A stretch of 60,994 nt of DNA, the filler included, from Bipalium vagum (Eukaryota), in the NCBI GenBank assembly GCA_037834085.1. It is 3 parts of 3 records of this genome, joined end to end, with 100 filler letters (N's around TTAATTAATTAA, not from the genome) between each part and the next. Parts side by side here need not be neighbours in the genome. Positions count along the whole stretch, not along the records: positions 37,610 to 60,994 come from JBBMKC010209374.1; 2 more parts are not named here. The stretch is one strand, 5' to 3'. The translations under genes were made by a program, and so were the position numbers. Below the pieces are notes generated by a model that was given only the letters and a program-made list of their open reading frames with translations, searched no databases and was not told the origin of the DNA. Of this stretch, positions 39,975 to 54,900 are shown one piece after another. Position 1 is the stretch's first letter. Each line of letters starts with the position of its first letter.

Positions 39975-42900
39975 TTAGATCACTCTTGGAATTTCAATAG
40001 TCATTTCAGGTGGCAGAGACCTGGCATTACAATGAAAAATTCGGCGACCTCTTACATTACACGAGTCTATCACCTTAATAACATTCTGAAAATCCGTTTT
40101 CGAAGTTTTCAGCAAACCATTTTGTGCATTAAAAATATTTCTATCTACGGCTTCCTTTAAACTGACCCAAGTATTTCCATCCGGGTCATAGATTTCGTCA
40201 ATTTTATAGACAATCTTTTTATAATTTTCCTCAATCGAAAAAGGCCTGCAAGACTGTCTGTAATCATAATTCATAATCACCAAACCTCTTCCTATAGCAG
40301 ATTGAAAATTGCATTTCATTCCGGAATCCGTATCCAAAATTTCTAGGAATGTCTTATCACATAAACCATTGTCTACAGCTTGTTCAGGGGTTAAAAGCAT
40401 TTGCCTCTTAGTATCATACACATTATTAATTTTGTCAACATGTGGTACGCTAAGAACCAAATAGCAGCATTGAATGTGATCTAATGATTAATAAAATAAA
40501 AACGTGTATCGTGATAAAATTTATTAAAATCAAAAATCTTATTTTCATATCCTGATAGAAGAATGAAACATTAGAAAACTTTTAGAATAATACTTTCCAT
40601 TAAAATCATAAATACCATTTTCATTAACTATTATATGTCTGGTCGTTCAAAGATAAAACAAAAAATAATTAAAATTACTCCCTAACGGAAGCTTTAGTCT
40701 TCCCTCATTTTCCAGCCTCACAATTTAAGCCAATCTCAATGAAAACGTCGGATAGATATTTGCTCTTCTTTGTTCGTTCGCAACCAAAATGAGTACATAC
40801 CTGACAGAATAATTACGGAAGTCGAGAAGTGGGTCTTTTATGATAATTCCAGACGTTCGCCTTCATGGGTACAACCTGGTGAAACTTCTAGCCAGTCTCA
40901 TAAATCTTATATCAATCGAAAGGTTATGCTCAGTGCTTGGTATTCATCAAGTCAAACAATTTATGCCAACAAATAGATAGAGTTCATTCATCTTGCTTGA
41001 AAAACAATCAGATTTAATCAATTGATATGGTGTGATTGTTTTGCAGATTCTATTGAAACATGCAAATCCATGTTGCCCGATTGACTCAAAATAAATTTTC
41101 ATATTTTAATTGGGAAACTTTTTCCTCATCCACCACATAGCCCAGAAATTTCATCCTTGGATTACTATCTTTTTATCAATTTAATTTTCCTTTTCTATCC
41201 AAATTACCAAGAACGTCCTCAAGTCATTGATGCAATGAATGCCTTCTTTGAATCAAAGAAGAACTCAGATTTATTTCGAGACGGAAATTAATTTTTAATT
41301 TTGATGGTTCATATTTGTGTACATTAATAATTTTTTTCTATGCTACATTGTTTTAAAACCTATTGACAAAAAGGGTAAAGACTTTTTAAAAAGCCTAATA
41401 AAATTATTCCACCAAGGTAAAAATGCACTTATTCTCTACATTAATAAATAAATGATTAAGTTTTATTCTTTCAAGACGACACCAGACTATATGTATGAAG
41501 AGTAACAATAAAAATCTGGATAGGTTTCAATGAGAAATATCTATTATAATCATCTGACATCATTTATAACAAAGTTTTCAATGCCAGAATTTTAAGAGTA
41601 TTACAATATCATTAGAGTATTATTTTCATGACAAAAATTATTTTAATTTTTTAAAAATTAATTAAAAATGAAATCAAGAAAATATTTGTTTAATTAATAA
41701 AATCTAAAGAATACAAAATACTTAAGTAATGATAATAATTCTAAATAGAAGTTTGATGAAGATGCTCCTTCTGGAGCCTCAATAAATCATGGAGATGAAA
41801 ATTTCATCTTAGGAAAGTTTAAGGAACTGCAAACAAAATTTACTTTAGTTACTTTCGGTTACCAACTTATCAACCGTTTTTGATAAATCCTGGATTGGAG
41901 ATAATGTAACATTGAGGGATTGACGAAAATCAAACAAGAAGAATTAAGGAAGATTTAAAACAATCCAAAAACTTAAGATGCTGCAGAGTATACGTGGATT
42001 TTCTAATTGGTAATTTTGTAATACAGGGTGCTTATTGTGTATGTTAACATACTTTAATTTTAAATATTTTAATAAACAATAAAGATATAAAGTAGGTAAT
42101 ACTTTTTTATTTGAATAACATGTATATTTAAAAACAAATACAATATGTAATTATATAATTTGACGCCCGTTGATAGCTAGGCAATGGCTTAATCGAGACA
42201 GTACATTTAGACATGCTCGCTGGCACATTCCAGTATCTACTTCATTACAATCATGACTAATTTTATCCCTGAGCTCAGCGTTTGTATGATGTCTGTCTCT
42301 GTAGACATTTTGTAGAAACCTTTTGTCTAGCCAGTTCCTGACTTTTTGGTAATAGTGCGCAGGTGCCCCATCTTGTTGTAAGTACTTACAACCTCTTGTT
42401 ATTCTAGGCCATAAAATCTTTTCCAGCATCTCAAGGTATGACTCACCAGTTACCGTATCTTCGAAGAAGAATGGCCCAATGATACCTCGTGAACTTAAAC
42501 CACACCACACCGTTATCCCAACTCTGGAGTTTCTAACAGGAATTGTTATTTTAGGATTAGAGTAGGCCCAAAAGCAGCAATTGTTGCGGTTAACAACTCC
42601 ATTGAGCATGAAATTACTCTCGTCTGACCATATTATCTTGTTGACCAAGGAAGAGTCATTTTGGAATTGTACCAACATTGTCTGACAAAATTCCATTCTT
42701 CTGTCAAAGTCGTTATCACTGATCTCAATTACGGTTGACGGCTTAAATGAATGAAAGCCAGCTTCATTAATTGCCTTGTAATAACTGGTTACAGTCATGT
42801 CAAGTTCCCTAGCACCCTGCCGAACTGCTAGATTCTTCAAACATTTTTTTCACTCTTTGAATTGTTTTCGTTGTTAATACGGAACGATGTCAGTCGGATT

Positions 42901-45900
42901 TTACTTGGTGATGAACACTTCCAGTCTTCTTAAACTTTTCCACTATTTTTTAATTGTTTGCCAATTTGGTGGTGAAGTGATAAACTTCGTTTTTCAAAGC
43001 CAAATTACTTCAAAATTATCAAATTTAGAGTTCCATACAAAAATTTGAATTTTTTCTTCCATCGAAAAACACAGTCATTTTATTTTAAAATTAACTAAAT
43101 GGATTATTAAACTTTTAATCCATATAAACAAATTAGTAATACCTTTATTTTTTAACTTGTAATTTAAAAATAAGGTATGTTAACATACTTAATAAACACC
43201 CTGTATATTGTAAATATTAAAAAGATTTTATCATTATTACCTCAAAATAAAGTTTAATAAAATAAACCCTCTTTCAAACCTATCAATTTTCAAATAAATC
43301 TAAAAATTGAAAATCTGTTTAAATGCTTGTTAATTTGTTTAAACTTTTAGAATACAAAATCTGAAAAATAATGCAGTTATTAAGTAATTTTTAAAAAAAG
43401 GATTAAGAGAAAAAATTCATACGTTTATGGTAATGTGTTAGGTGAATGGGCTTCTTTATATGTCACATTTAAAATATGGGTAACTGAATTCAAATGATGT
43501 CGTAAATAGATTAAGAATGATTACTGCGAAGGTAGTCTCCAAATTTTATCAATAACAAAAAAGTAGTTCTGCAATGCAACAAAAACTCATGCGAAAAGAA
43601 TTTTCCGAAGATTGTTTGACAAATTCTAAGCAGAATAGAAATGATTCTATGGGTCGTTTTATAACTGCTGATAATTCATTGATCTATCATCATGATCCTA
43701 AATTAAAAAATGAATTAACTAAGGAAAAAGCAATCAGTGGAAATTGGTACGGCAACCAATTTCTGGGATGCAGAAGGTATTTTAATGATCGAAAAACCTT
43801 TTATAAAGACCACAAAACTTGTCGAGTCTTACTTATTTATATTATTTTTTATCTTGATGAGTTAGTATTTCTTGTCATCTTGACTAATTATTAATAAGAA
43901 ATTACAGTATTTGAATTTTTATATTTTTAAAGATAATTTATAAAAAGAAAAAAGTACCTGATTTATTTTTGTTTATTTTAAATCTATCAATAGTCTCTGC
44001 AAATGAATGGACATTGCAATGGAATTTATTTGGACAAATTCTACGTGCAAATTCTTGACCAGCATAGGTATTGGATCTCTGCAAGAAATATTTGTCGAAA
44101 TTTCTTCCGATATCTCTTTTAGCTGAATAAGTCGCCAAAGTATGTTGGTTAAGGGATTTAAAGTTTCTTGAGTTTGGCAACAAAGATCTTGTAAAAAAAT
44201 GGTCTATGTCGACTGAAGATACGCAAATGTCGTCTGACGGAATGGGCAAAGATTGTTTTTGATAAAATCTCATTTCTTTTTCTGCTGGAACAGAAATATC
44301 AATTTGAGTGTTCTGTGTCCCACTCTTTAAATCAGAGATATTTCTTTTCGACTTAAGTTCCAATCTACTGGGTATTACACTGATCTGTGGAAACTCGTCA
44401 AAAACTTCGTTTTTGTTATCCAGTCTTTTACTTTCAATAAGCAATTCCAAATATTTTGACCAAGCAAGCTGATTGTTTTTCGACAGGATACTAAATTTGG
44501 TTTAAAAACTTTATTATCAATCAAGAACATATTCAGATTGTCAGAAGAAAACATGTTATATTAAAATCTTTATTTTTATTATTTTATTTATAAGATATCT
44601 TTTTATTTCAAAACATTCCATGTATTATTGGTTTGGATTTTTTAAAATAGTCTTTTGAAAATTACTCTAGCAAACTCGAGGTTATCTCTCTCAAAAAGGA
44701 TCCAAAACAAATATAAAAAAACTATAAAATTGATGCTCTTTGAGTTCCTTTTAAACATTTTTCACGGATGAAATCAAAAAATATAATTAAAAAGACATTA
44801 GAATAAAAAAATCCGTAAGCTTCTTATAATCAATCCATAAGATAAAAGTCTGGAGTGATTAAATCTAGTGAGAACAAAGAACGTTGAAAAATGATTTATA
44901 AATTGAAGCAAGATCGTCTTAGAAACTTCAATTCGATATTGCTTTTGCTCCAATTTCAAACCTTTTGGAACCAGTATCGCAGTAACACGTATCATACACA
45001 ACGTATTGAGTAACATAGATTGACATGAACCAAATATATTCCAATCAATATTACAATATCTCGGATAGTCAATCTTTGATAGGCAAGTATGATTTTTGTG
45101 ACATATTCATCATTAACTGATGTTGCTGGCCTTCCTTTGTGAGGTTCATCAGTAACTTTGATACAGCCATTCTTAAATTTCATATGGTAATGAAATATTT
45201 GTGTTTCCGACAACAATTCTTCGCTGTAATATATTTCAGTTATGCCGGTATTTCATTGGAAACGCAAAAATTAATGCAGATTCGTTTTTCAATTTTCGCA
45301 TTCATTGTAAAAATGTAAGATCATTAAAATACTCCATTTGAACAAACATCACAACTCATAAAGTAGCTATTAATGAATGGTAAAATGTTAAATGCATATG
45401 ACAAATAGCAGTACCCATGTAGAATGGCGATTACTGGTAAGTAAAATGTTTGAACTTCTTTCAAAAAACATATTCCGGAGGTTTCTTGCTCACAGTCGTA
45501 TATTTAATTTAATTGCACATTTTAACAAAATTTATGAAATAGAATTTAAGAAGAAGAAACGCCAAATTTATTTCATTTCTTTGTTAAAATGTACAATTAA
45601 ATTATCACCTTATCAATTATTTTTAGTTAAAAATGTTTGTGAAAGCTCTCAGTTACGAAGTTTTATAATACATGTATAATATTTCGAAAATCTTATTTTA
45701 TTTATTTCCGACTTCAGTCACATATTTATATTTATATAAAACTTCATAAAATATAAAGCAAGTCTAAACCTCAATGACTGTCGAGATGATAATAAATCTA
45801 CATCCTTCCTGTCACAAATCACTGACAAATCTGAAGAGTTTTCCACCAAATTTTTATACATTTGCCAATTTTTATGAAGCTCCTGAAATTAGATAAATGA

Positions 45901-48900
45901 CCATATATGATTAATATTTAACAATTGTTTTACTGGATATAAAAATTATTTAATCATTGAAAAATACATAATCTAGAACTTTTCTAAATACTTTTAATAT
46001 TTTATTCATTATATTTAATATCATTGAAATTTAATAAAATTTTGGAACTGGAATATTTTATTTACTTTTTATGTGTTTCGCTGCAGGTACATTAAGTAAT
46101 ATCCAAATAATAAATTATTAAATAATAATAATAATTATAATAAATTAGGCATTTTCAATACATCTGCTTCATCCAGCTGTACTCTAAAGATCTGTATCAC
46201 TAGCAATTTTTTTCAAATTATTTTTTCCATTGTAAATAGTAAATTATTATTATTTTTAATAATCAAACAATTACTTTATATTTATTTATTAAGATGTTTA
46301 TAGCTCTTTTCTGATAAATAAACGTTTCAGATCTTGTTAAAGAAGAATTTGAAATTGTGTCTTCATTTTTTGCTAGAACAAATGGCAGAACATCAATGAA
46401 GATGGTATCTGTAAGAACAAAAATATATTTAGAACTTTGTGGAAAGCTGAATTATTAATTCTAAAATCAAAGGTAAAATACACTGAACAAAATTTAACCT
46501 AATTAATTTCAGTTATGATCACTTTAAAAAGTTATCTTTGCTGGGCATACCTAGGAGCACAAATCAAATGGTTAATTATAAGGGTTGCAAAAAGAGTCCG
46601 AGAACCCATAAAATAGTAATAAATATAATAAATAATAATATAATAAAATTATTTACAATAATAAGATTAATATTAATAAATTACCAATAACTATAAGTAT
46701 ATAAATAATAGAATGTTATGGTTATTAATATTATATTTTGACTTTTATTATTATTATTATTATTAAACTCAACAGTATAATAATAAAATTAATATTAATA
46801 AAATATAAAAATAATTTAATTTTTATAAAACAAAATAATATTTCGAGATCAAATATTTTATAAAGAAATTGATAATTATTTCTGTATCTCTATGCAACTT
46901 GTCACGTTCGACATCCGCATCTGAACTGTGATTGAGAGCTCAGTTAATTTTCTTCATAATTACAATAGTAAATATCAAAAGAGATTGATGGCTGTCTACT
47001 TCTCCGCCGGGTAAGCGGTCTTAAGAATTTGTTTATTGAAAACGAAGTAACGTTTTTCTATCATGGACGAACCAAGATACTTTGAATTCTTGATGGACAA
47101 CTCAATAATTTTGAGCTACAAAAATAAACAATTGTTTTTAAAAACGAGATTTTCTTTCTTTCATTATTATGAAACCTTCATTTTCTGATTGTATTTCATT
47201 CTCTTTCGTTTCACTTGAGAAAATTCAACCTAGACAGTTTTCAAGTCACATTTTAGAGATACATTTTGATTTTTCAGTGAGTTCCTATTATCAATATGAT
47301 TCCTTGACAATATAAGGTGGTATTTACTTATTTTATACTTAAGTGAAAAGCTCTTATCGAAAACTAGCATAAAATAAATAAACAAGACAACCACCTACGT
47401 TAACTTTACAAAGTCTTTTGAGATGTTTATCACCTATTCTATCTTTGATTTTTGACTTGATGCATTCGTTTTAACTCATTGCATCGTCCTTCTAAACAGT
47501 TTTGTACAGATGTTCTTGCTAAATGGTGGGAATTTGTGGGAACACTTCTTCCTCTTTAGTATAAAATTTGTACCTAAAAGTAGATACTTCCGAATCCAAA
47601 TTTAATACCACAGTGGAGATGTCTATTTGACTAGGATAGATAGACACACGGTTCGTTGTGTATAGTTGATTTTGGTATATTACAGTTTTGAAACTGTCAA
47701 AATGCCTCACGAATAAACGGTTTTGAGATAACAAGAAATATGGATGGAAATGGAAGAAACGCGCTAAAATGATCCAGGAATTAAAAAAAACAAATATAAT
47801 TTTCTTTTCTTTTCATTGGTCAGATGAAATTCTTGGATCATTGATCATCCCCATTCCTTTCTATTTACTTATAACTTATCAACATAATCATAAAAAATAA
47901 AAATCAGGTAACGAGCTAAGTTTTTTCGTTTTTTAATTAAAAACTAAACCAAGACTGAAGTTAAATTAAATTTATTAATCATAAAACATTATTAAAAAAT
48001 TAATCATCCAGATATTCCCCATCTTTTTCTATTACTGCCTCCCATCTACTTAGAAGTTTATTGATCCCAGTATTATATATTAAGTTCCTAAAGATGAGTT
48101 GGGTCAAAAATATTGATTTTAGCCTTTTAGGCAACTTAACAAGGTATACTGTTATCAGAAGGATTTAAGGAGTGTATTTTCGTAACTATGTTTGAAAGTA
48201 GGGTTGAAAAATATGTATTTGCACATTGTAAATCGATCGTCAATATTAATAACATAAAATTCAATTACTACAAAGAAAATCAATTAAAAGTTTTCAAAAA
48301 AATTAAGACATTTTTAAATATGTTTATTTATAATATAATTCACTGATTAGTAAAGACCGGATTCTACGTGCTGCACATAACAGACTGGGTAGTAAAATCC
48401 TCTAAAATGTTTAAAGTTGAAAGATAATCTTTTCACAGTTACTGCAGTGGAAACCCCTGGAACAGTTTACTAGCCTAACCGCTATTTAAACTGTGAGCAA
48501 AAATAGAAGTAGAAAATTCAAAGAAAAAGAAATATATAACCCTAGTATCAACTAACTAGTGATTATTTGAATTGTTAATAAATTTGAGGATCCTTGTGCG
48601 TAATAATTACTTTTGTCTTATAATGTCAAATTAACTAAAATTTCAAACACCAAATTATTAAATCATTAAATCAGAATCAGATTTAATTTTCTAGTCTTTT
48701 AAAAATCTCTACATTTCTCCCCCTTTCGGAAGACTTTTTTTCACAAAGGATGATATATGGTAAAAGAGGATTTTGTCTTTGGACGTACATCCAAGGAATG
48801 CAACGATATCCACAGAAAATCAGTAGGGAGAGATTACAGTAGTGGGCAGATTTGTCTGGATTGTGATTTGAATTTCTTTCCTTATAGGTAGTCCATTGAA

Positions 48901-51900
48901 AATCTTGAGGATAGCGTTCATGTCCATTGGGTACAATGAGTTTTCAAGGACCTCAACTTAAGAACAAAACTTCCCATTTTTATAGTTACCTGTTTGGGTT
49001 TGTATAGAGGATACATTTGCAAAATCAGTTTGAGTTGCATTGGGAACGAAAAGATTTTTGGCCTTTTGGATATGAGTACCTCAGCGCGGATGTTTTCTTT
49101 TCGACTTTTGCGACGTTGGTTGCATTTTTCACTCTCATTTTGAGAAGGATAAAAAGAGGAGCTGCAGATGTGGATGGTGCCTCAAAATAAAAATGATCTC
49201 CTTCGTCATGGGCAGAATACATTCTTCAGTAATCGGCCTGGTCCATCACAGAGGATAATGCAACAAACTTTGAATCGAAATGGGACTTCGGAGGAGATGG
49301 TATACTAGGTGTATGTGACATTTTTTGAGATAAATCAGTCATTTTGAACTGTGGAGGTTGTTTGTCCATCAATCTACTTTGGATTTTCATGATAATCTGA
49401 TAACAATTTTGTGTCACAACCACTGCCATTTGTAAATCGTTGATAGGATAATGGAGGAGAAGAAGGTGATTTATTCAATATGGCTTCATTACTATTGTAA
49501 AGAAGCATTTCTTCACAGATTAATTATAATTCAGTAAACATTGATCCTTCAACCTTGAACCATATTTCGAGAAGTATGTACGTTTGTTGTACACATTGCG
49601 CCTGAAGCCATTCTGGACCAAATTTAGGTATTGAACAAATTTCAGGAACTTTGAGTTTATTCGCTAAAGGATGGAGGTTTAAAACCCCACTGGGAAGTAA
49701 TTTTAATGCTTACCGTAACTGTGGTAGATACTGAAAATCAATTTATCTCCTGATATTGTAGGAATACCACACATATTATGAAAATAATCAACTTGATTCA
49801 CAATTGTGTTCTTATCTTTGATACTTTCTTTTATTCGATCTAGGACCGCAGGCTAGTCCATGCCGTTAGTGAGGGCTTTGTCTACGAATGAAGATAACCA
49901 CCATAACAGCTTTAAGTACTTGCTCCGTTGCAAGGCATTTTATACTTTGGAATATGATAGGAATTTCGTGAACGATAGATTTCGTCATTCTCATGAATTA
50001 ATACGGAGAGAGAAGCATAATAGTGTTGGAGTTGGTTGTTTTTAAACAAAGCGTCTAGCTATGTCTGACCAAATTCTAGAAATGAATGGAGAACCATTTT
50101 TCAATCGTAATTTGGTCTGGGACACCACCAACACGAAATATCACAGAGTGATTGCAGACATGAACGTACGACCACATTTTGAGTTAGGGGATAACATCAG
50201 ATAATATATAAGTGTTTAGGTTTAAGACTTTTTGTATATAAAGTGTTCTTTCTTCAGTAGATTGGAATTTACAAGAATTTTGAATTTCCGTTGTCTTCAC
50301 AATGACTGTGGGTAAATGTATTAAGGCTTGTCTAGCCTTGTGGAATTTTTATCACTCCAAGTATGTGAATTTATTGAATTGTTGCACGCAAATTAACGCA
50401 TCGGGACCTGTTTCTGCAATGTATTGACTGATGGCGATGGAATAGGATTTGGGAGTATTTTTGTTGGAGTGAATTGGTTTTAGGCAAGGAATTGCTGTGG
50501 AAGTTTTTCTCGTAACTTGCTGGTTTAATTCACAAGGTCTTTTAAAATTCGCGTTCCTCGACCACTTCCACTGGCAAATGGAGTGTAGGAGAAAGGTAGT
50601 GAGTGAGGTTGTGAATGTAGAATAGCTTCATTGCTATTATGAATGTGGATATCTTCCATCATTACTTTTAGGTTCTTTGCTAGGGAAAGTTCAATGTTGA
50701 ACCAAATTTCCCGTAAAAGATGGGTGTGTTGAACACACTGAACATTTTCCCATTCCGAAGCAGCTCTTGCCAAAGGAGCCAAATCTTTAATGTTAATGCG
50801 CGGAGCTAAGGAATTGAGCCGTAAGGTTCCGTTTGGTGGTAATTCTAATAATTCTCGCAGCTGAGGAATATATTGAAAATCAATATATCCAGCCATCAGA
50901 GTTGTAGGGACACCACAAATTTTTAGGAAATATTCGACCTGATTTGCAATTATTTAATTATTTGCACGGCTTCTTTAACATCTTCATACGCCTGAGGTTC
51001 GTCCGTTCCACAGTTAACAGCTGTCTGAGATGTCTGTCTGTTTAAAATTGGATTTATAACGATGGCGAGGAGAGATAATTGTACACAGAATATTTTTTCC
51101 ATGATAATTTAGGACATGTACTGCTAAAGGAACATGTTCCGAGATTAGACTACCAGGATTAAAAGTAGTTACCTCCACGAAGACAGCCTTTTTTGTAATA
51201 CTGATAAATGTTGGGAATTACATTTAGGAATAAAGTAGGGATTTCTGTCGAGTAGAAAGCGATATAAGTCGTCTTTATTATGTATTAATTGCGAAGGTGA
51301 CACATAATTTGGAGAACGAATATCCTCAATGATCAAAATGGTGTTGGGTTTCGTTGTCTCCAGCCATAGTGTTCGACTTCATCCAACCAGATTATCAAGA
51401 TGGATGGAGAAATATTTTTCGACTGTAAGAGGGGCTGGGATACCACCTACTAGTAGTATCACTGAATAGTTACAGACATGAATATGGAATGACTCTTTTG
51501 GATATATGTTGTTTTTGAATCCAGGAATAATATCCGAAAGATAAAAATATTTTGGTTGAGGGATTTGATACTTCACAGCGCAGCATGATACTTCACGCAT
51601 TCTAAATAGGGGTATTTATTGAATTGTTGCACTTTGATGGACGCGTCAGAACCGGCTTCCTGAATATATTAGCTCAGTGCTATAGTATAGGAGGATGGTT
51701 TTTTAGAGTTTGAACGGATTGGTTTGGATGATTGGATTGGCTGAATTGGTTTGTGGGTATTGAAACCGAATGTTGACTTGGATTGGTTTGTTGAATGGAA
51801 AGTTCTCCTTGACAAAAAAGATTTGTATAAACACCATTCTATAACAATATAGATGTGTGTTTGTGCAAATTAAGTTACAGTAGGTAGATTGATAATAAAT

Positions 51901-54900
51901 CTCCACTGTGAACTGTAATTGCTATAAGGTGGTCATTTCGTACATGACCGTATCATTATTAAGATAATTATAATTACCAATTTTAATATAATTATGTTTG
52001 ATCAAATATTTCAAAAAATAAACACAAAGAAAGAAAATCGATAAAAAGGAAATAAAAAAAATTATGACGATAAGAATTATGAATGATCGGTTTGAACGTG
52101 GCTCTTTTTCAATATCTTTTCTTTGTTTTTTGTGCAATTCTCTATGAGCAATAGTAGGGCAAATAGCCAATATTAATATTATTAATGCCTATGGCATGAT
52201 GTAAGCTTTTCCTAGATAGAAAGCTACTTCCGATTCCTTTGATTATTTGCCATATAAAGTAAATACCAGAGAATCCGGCTACCCACGTGCTGAAAGTAGT
52301 GAAACCACCCCATATGTAGGATATAGCGTTTTTTGCTGCATGAATGTAATGTTCGACACCGAATAGAAGATTATAGTCCACTTTGCCATCTTTTAGAGTA
52401 ATCACTTTGGTAATTATTTCCATGATTCCTCTTTCTTGAACTTGGGGAAAAAGTAATATACGTCTGGCTTGTTCGATGTCATTCATGGAATACAATCCTC
52501 CATCAACCATCGTTGGTAATTTATGAAATTCAACTGTGCTTTGTAGCTATATTGTGTCTATTGTTCTCACACGATCCCTTGGAGGTTTTCTCTCAGGAAG
52601 GGATATCCATTGTTTGCCAATTTTGTATAATGGTGAAATGGCTAAACTACACATTTTTGGTTGAGGTTGTACATCCATATCTAGTAATATTCTGATCAAA
52701 GGAGCTTCAAATCGTAATTGTTTTTGGTAGATCATTTGTACAATGAGGATGATTTGCAACTTATTTTTATGCATTGATAGGTGTATAAAGCTTAGTAATG
52801 GCGAAGATTAGTAATGGCGAAGTAAGTTCGGGATTATTTACTGCTAATAACAATCGGTTTTTTAATATTTCACTGGCTAATTTACAGTCATCCAGCACTG
52901 TTTCTTGGTAGATATCTTTGAGCTGTCTTTGCAAATCATGATAGAGATAATTGATTTTATTGTTCACGTATAAAGCAAGTTTAATATCTGAAGTATCTTT
53001 AGGACATGCTCGTACTACTCTATCTTTTGATACATTTATAGTTAGTCTCTTTGACGGATGCTGCACATTTTACCACCGATTTCTTTATGATAAGACGAAT
53101 TAGTTCATTTTTATCTGTAGTTACAAGTACTGTAGAAGTTTCACGCTCCTCACTACTTGAACTGTGTCGGGGATCTTTTTTATAATTTTCAGGGATTTTA
53201 GTATATTCGTCACGTGTTGGATTAAGTTGAGATTCTGATATTTCCTCAAAATTCGTCATTTTCAATAAGCTCAGATTACAGGGTTCTTTATTAGTCTCAT
53301 AGATTAGAGTTGCTTCAGCTGAAGTGCAAAACCTTTTTTTCAGATTACAGCTAGGACGAGACAATAACTGGCCAGTAGTCATATCGAATACTCCTTCATA
53401 TATTAATAGTTCGACTTGATAGTCTTCAATTTCCATCACTTGATCAACTTTTTCACCATTAACATATTTTTTGTAACCATCACATTTACCATTTGTGAAT
53501 AATGCTCCTCTAGTTACCACTTGTCTGGTAACAGTATTTTCTTTTACCAATATGCTCAGAACTTCATCTATCTTTATTTTGCTTTGTTGAAAGGCATTGT
53601 CACAAGTATCTACGGTAGTTTGCACTTCTCTGGGTAATAATTTTGCGGACATGATGGAAGTATGCCTATTCATACCACAATAATATTGTAAGGTAGACAC
53701 TTTTACTCTACATTCACGTATTTTGGTTCTATAAAAATCACCTTCTTGATATATATAATAAGCCGTCTTTTAGCTGTTACATTATTTGGTGTTAAGTGTT
53801 CACAATCCAGTGTGTCAACCAATGAATAAGTATTTCCAAATTTTGGATTAGCACAATCATATTCTGCTATTGTACCTGTGGGTTTAGATAACGAAAACAT
53901 GAGCATCATCATCATTTGCACCATATTGGAATTGTTATTAAAAGAAGGATGAGCCGGTGTGGAATTTAAAAATTCTCATCCACCGATCTTTTCTATGAAT
54001 GGACTGACAATTTGTTGAACGGTTTTAGTGGTCTATTTTAAGATTACTGGTGCTTGATGAGGTGAGCGCTAAATTTTTTTAATAGCCTGTTGCAAAATTA
54101 TTGCAAGCGCGGTCGTACAGGTGTCTTTATTTGCGTTTTTGCATATTGCTCATTTTCTCTAATCCTTTTAATTTTGTGAACAATGCTTTAATTTTAAAAA
54201 TGAGATTATCGAATCCCATTCCTTGATAATTGATATCTGTAACATGAATGGTGCTGTCCAAAGCCTGAATAATGGCTGCAACTTTAGTTAATAAATCGTC
54301 GGGAATTGTTTCATCCTCGAACTCATTATTTAATTCTGCTGCCAGCGTCTGGGCTTGTTTAAGCATAAGCTTTTCTTTAACGTAATTCAAGATTTCAGTT
54401 TGTTGTACATGCTTTACTGCAGGTATGTGTTGATATATGGGATCATTATGTTTAATTTTTAATGCAGGTTTCTGAGTACCAATGTCTGTACCCGAAATCT
54501 TTTCGGTTTGAATACATTTATCTGGGGTTGGTAGCGGGGTTTTGATAGCTTGAAATGATGTAGTAGTTGGAATTGGTACATAATCAGGTGTATTCAATGG
54601 TTCATCATGATCGGATAACTGTACATACATATCAACTGGCCAATATTGAGACTGAATTTGTGGTAATGGATCTTCCTCCAATAATTTTTGTATAACCTCA
54701 TTGGTTTCATCTATCTCTTACCATGCGGCTTGTATATTTTGATCTATATTAGGACAAGGATTTTCTGTTATTGCTTGCTCTGTTACCGAAGTTTCAATAG
54801 GTACTTCACAATACTCTGGTTCTTCCTGGGGTTTTATTTGAGTATCTTTCATTTGATTGGTAAGATCAATGATTTCCTTCGTAGGAAGTTCAGTGGAAAT

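Noticed and set aside
41750-41830. Cyclophilin-like peptide (SINHGDENFILGK)
   Set aside because: Too short, with no flanking cyclophilin sequence.
50050-50140. Apparent integrase core (VIFRVGGVPDQIT.ENGSPFISRIWSDIARRF) after a 1-nt frameshift
   Set aside because: The paralogous copy at ~51440-51380 conserves the unshifted frame (EKYFSIHLDNLV vs EKWFSIHF*NLV) with synonymous changes, so the integrase likeness is probably coincidental.
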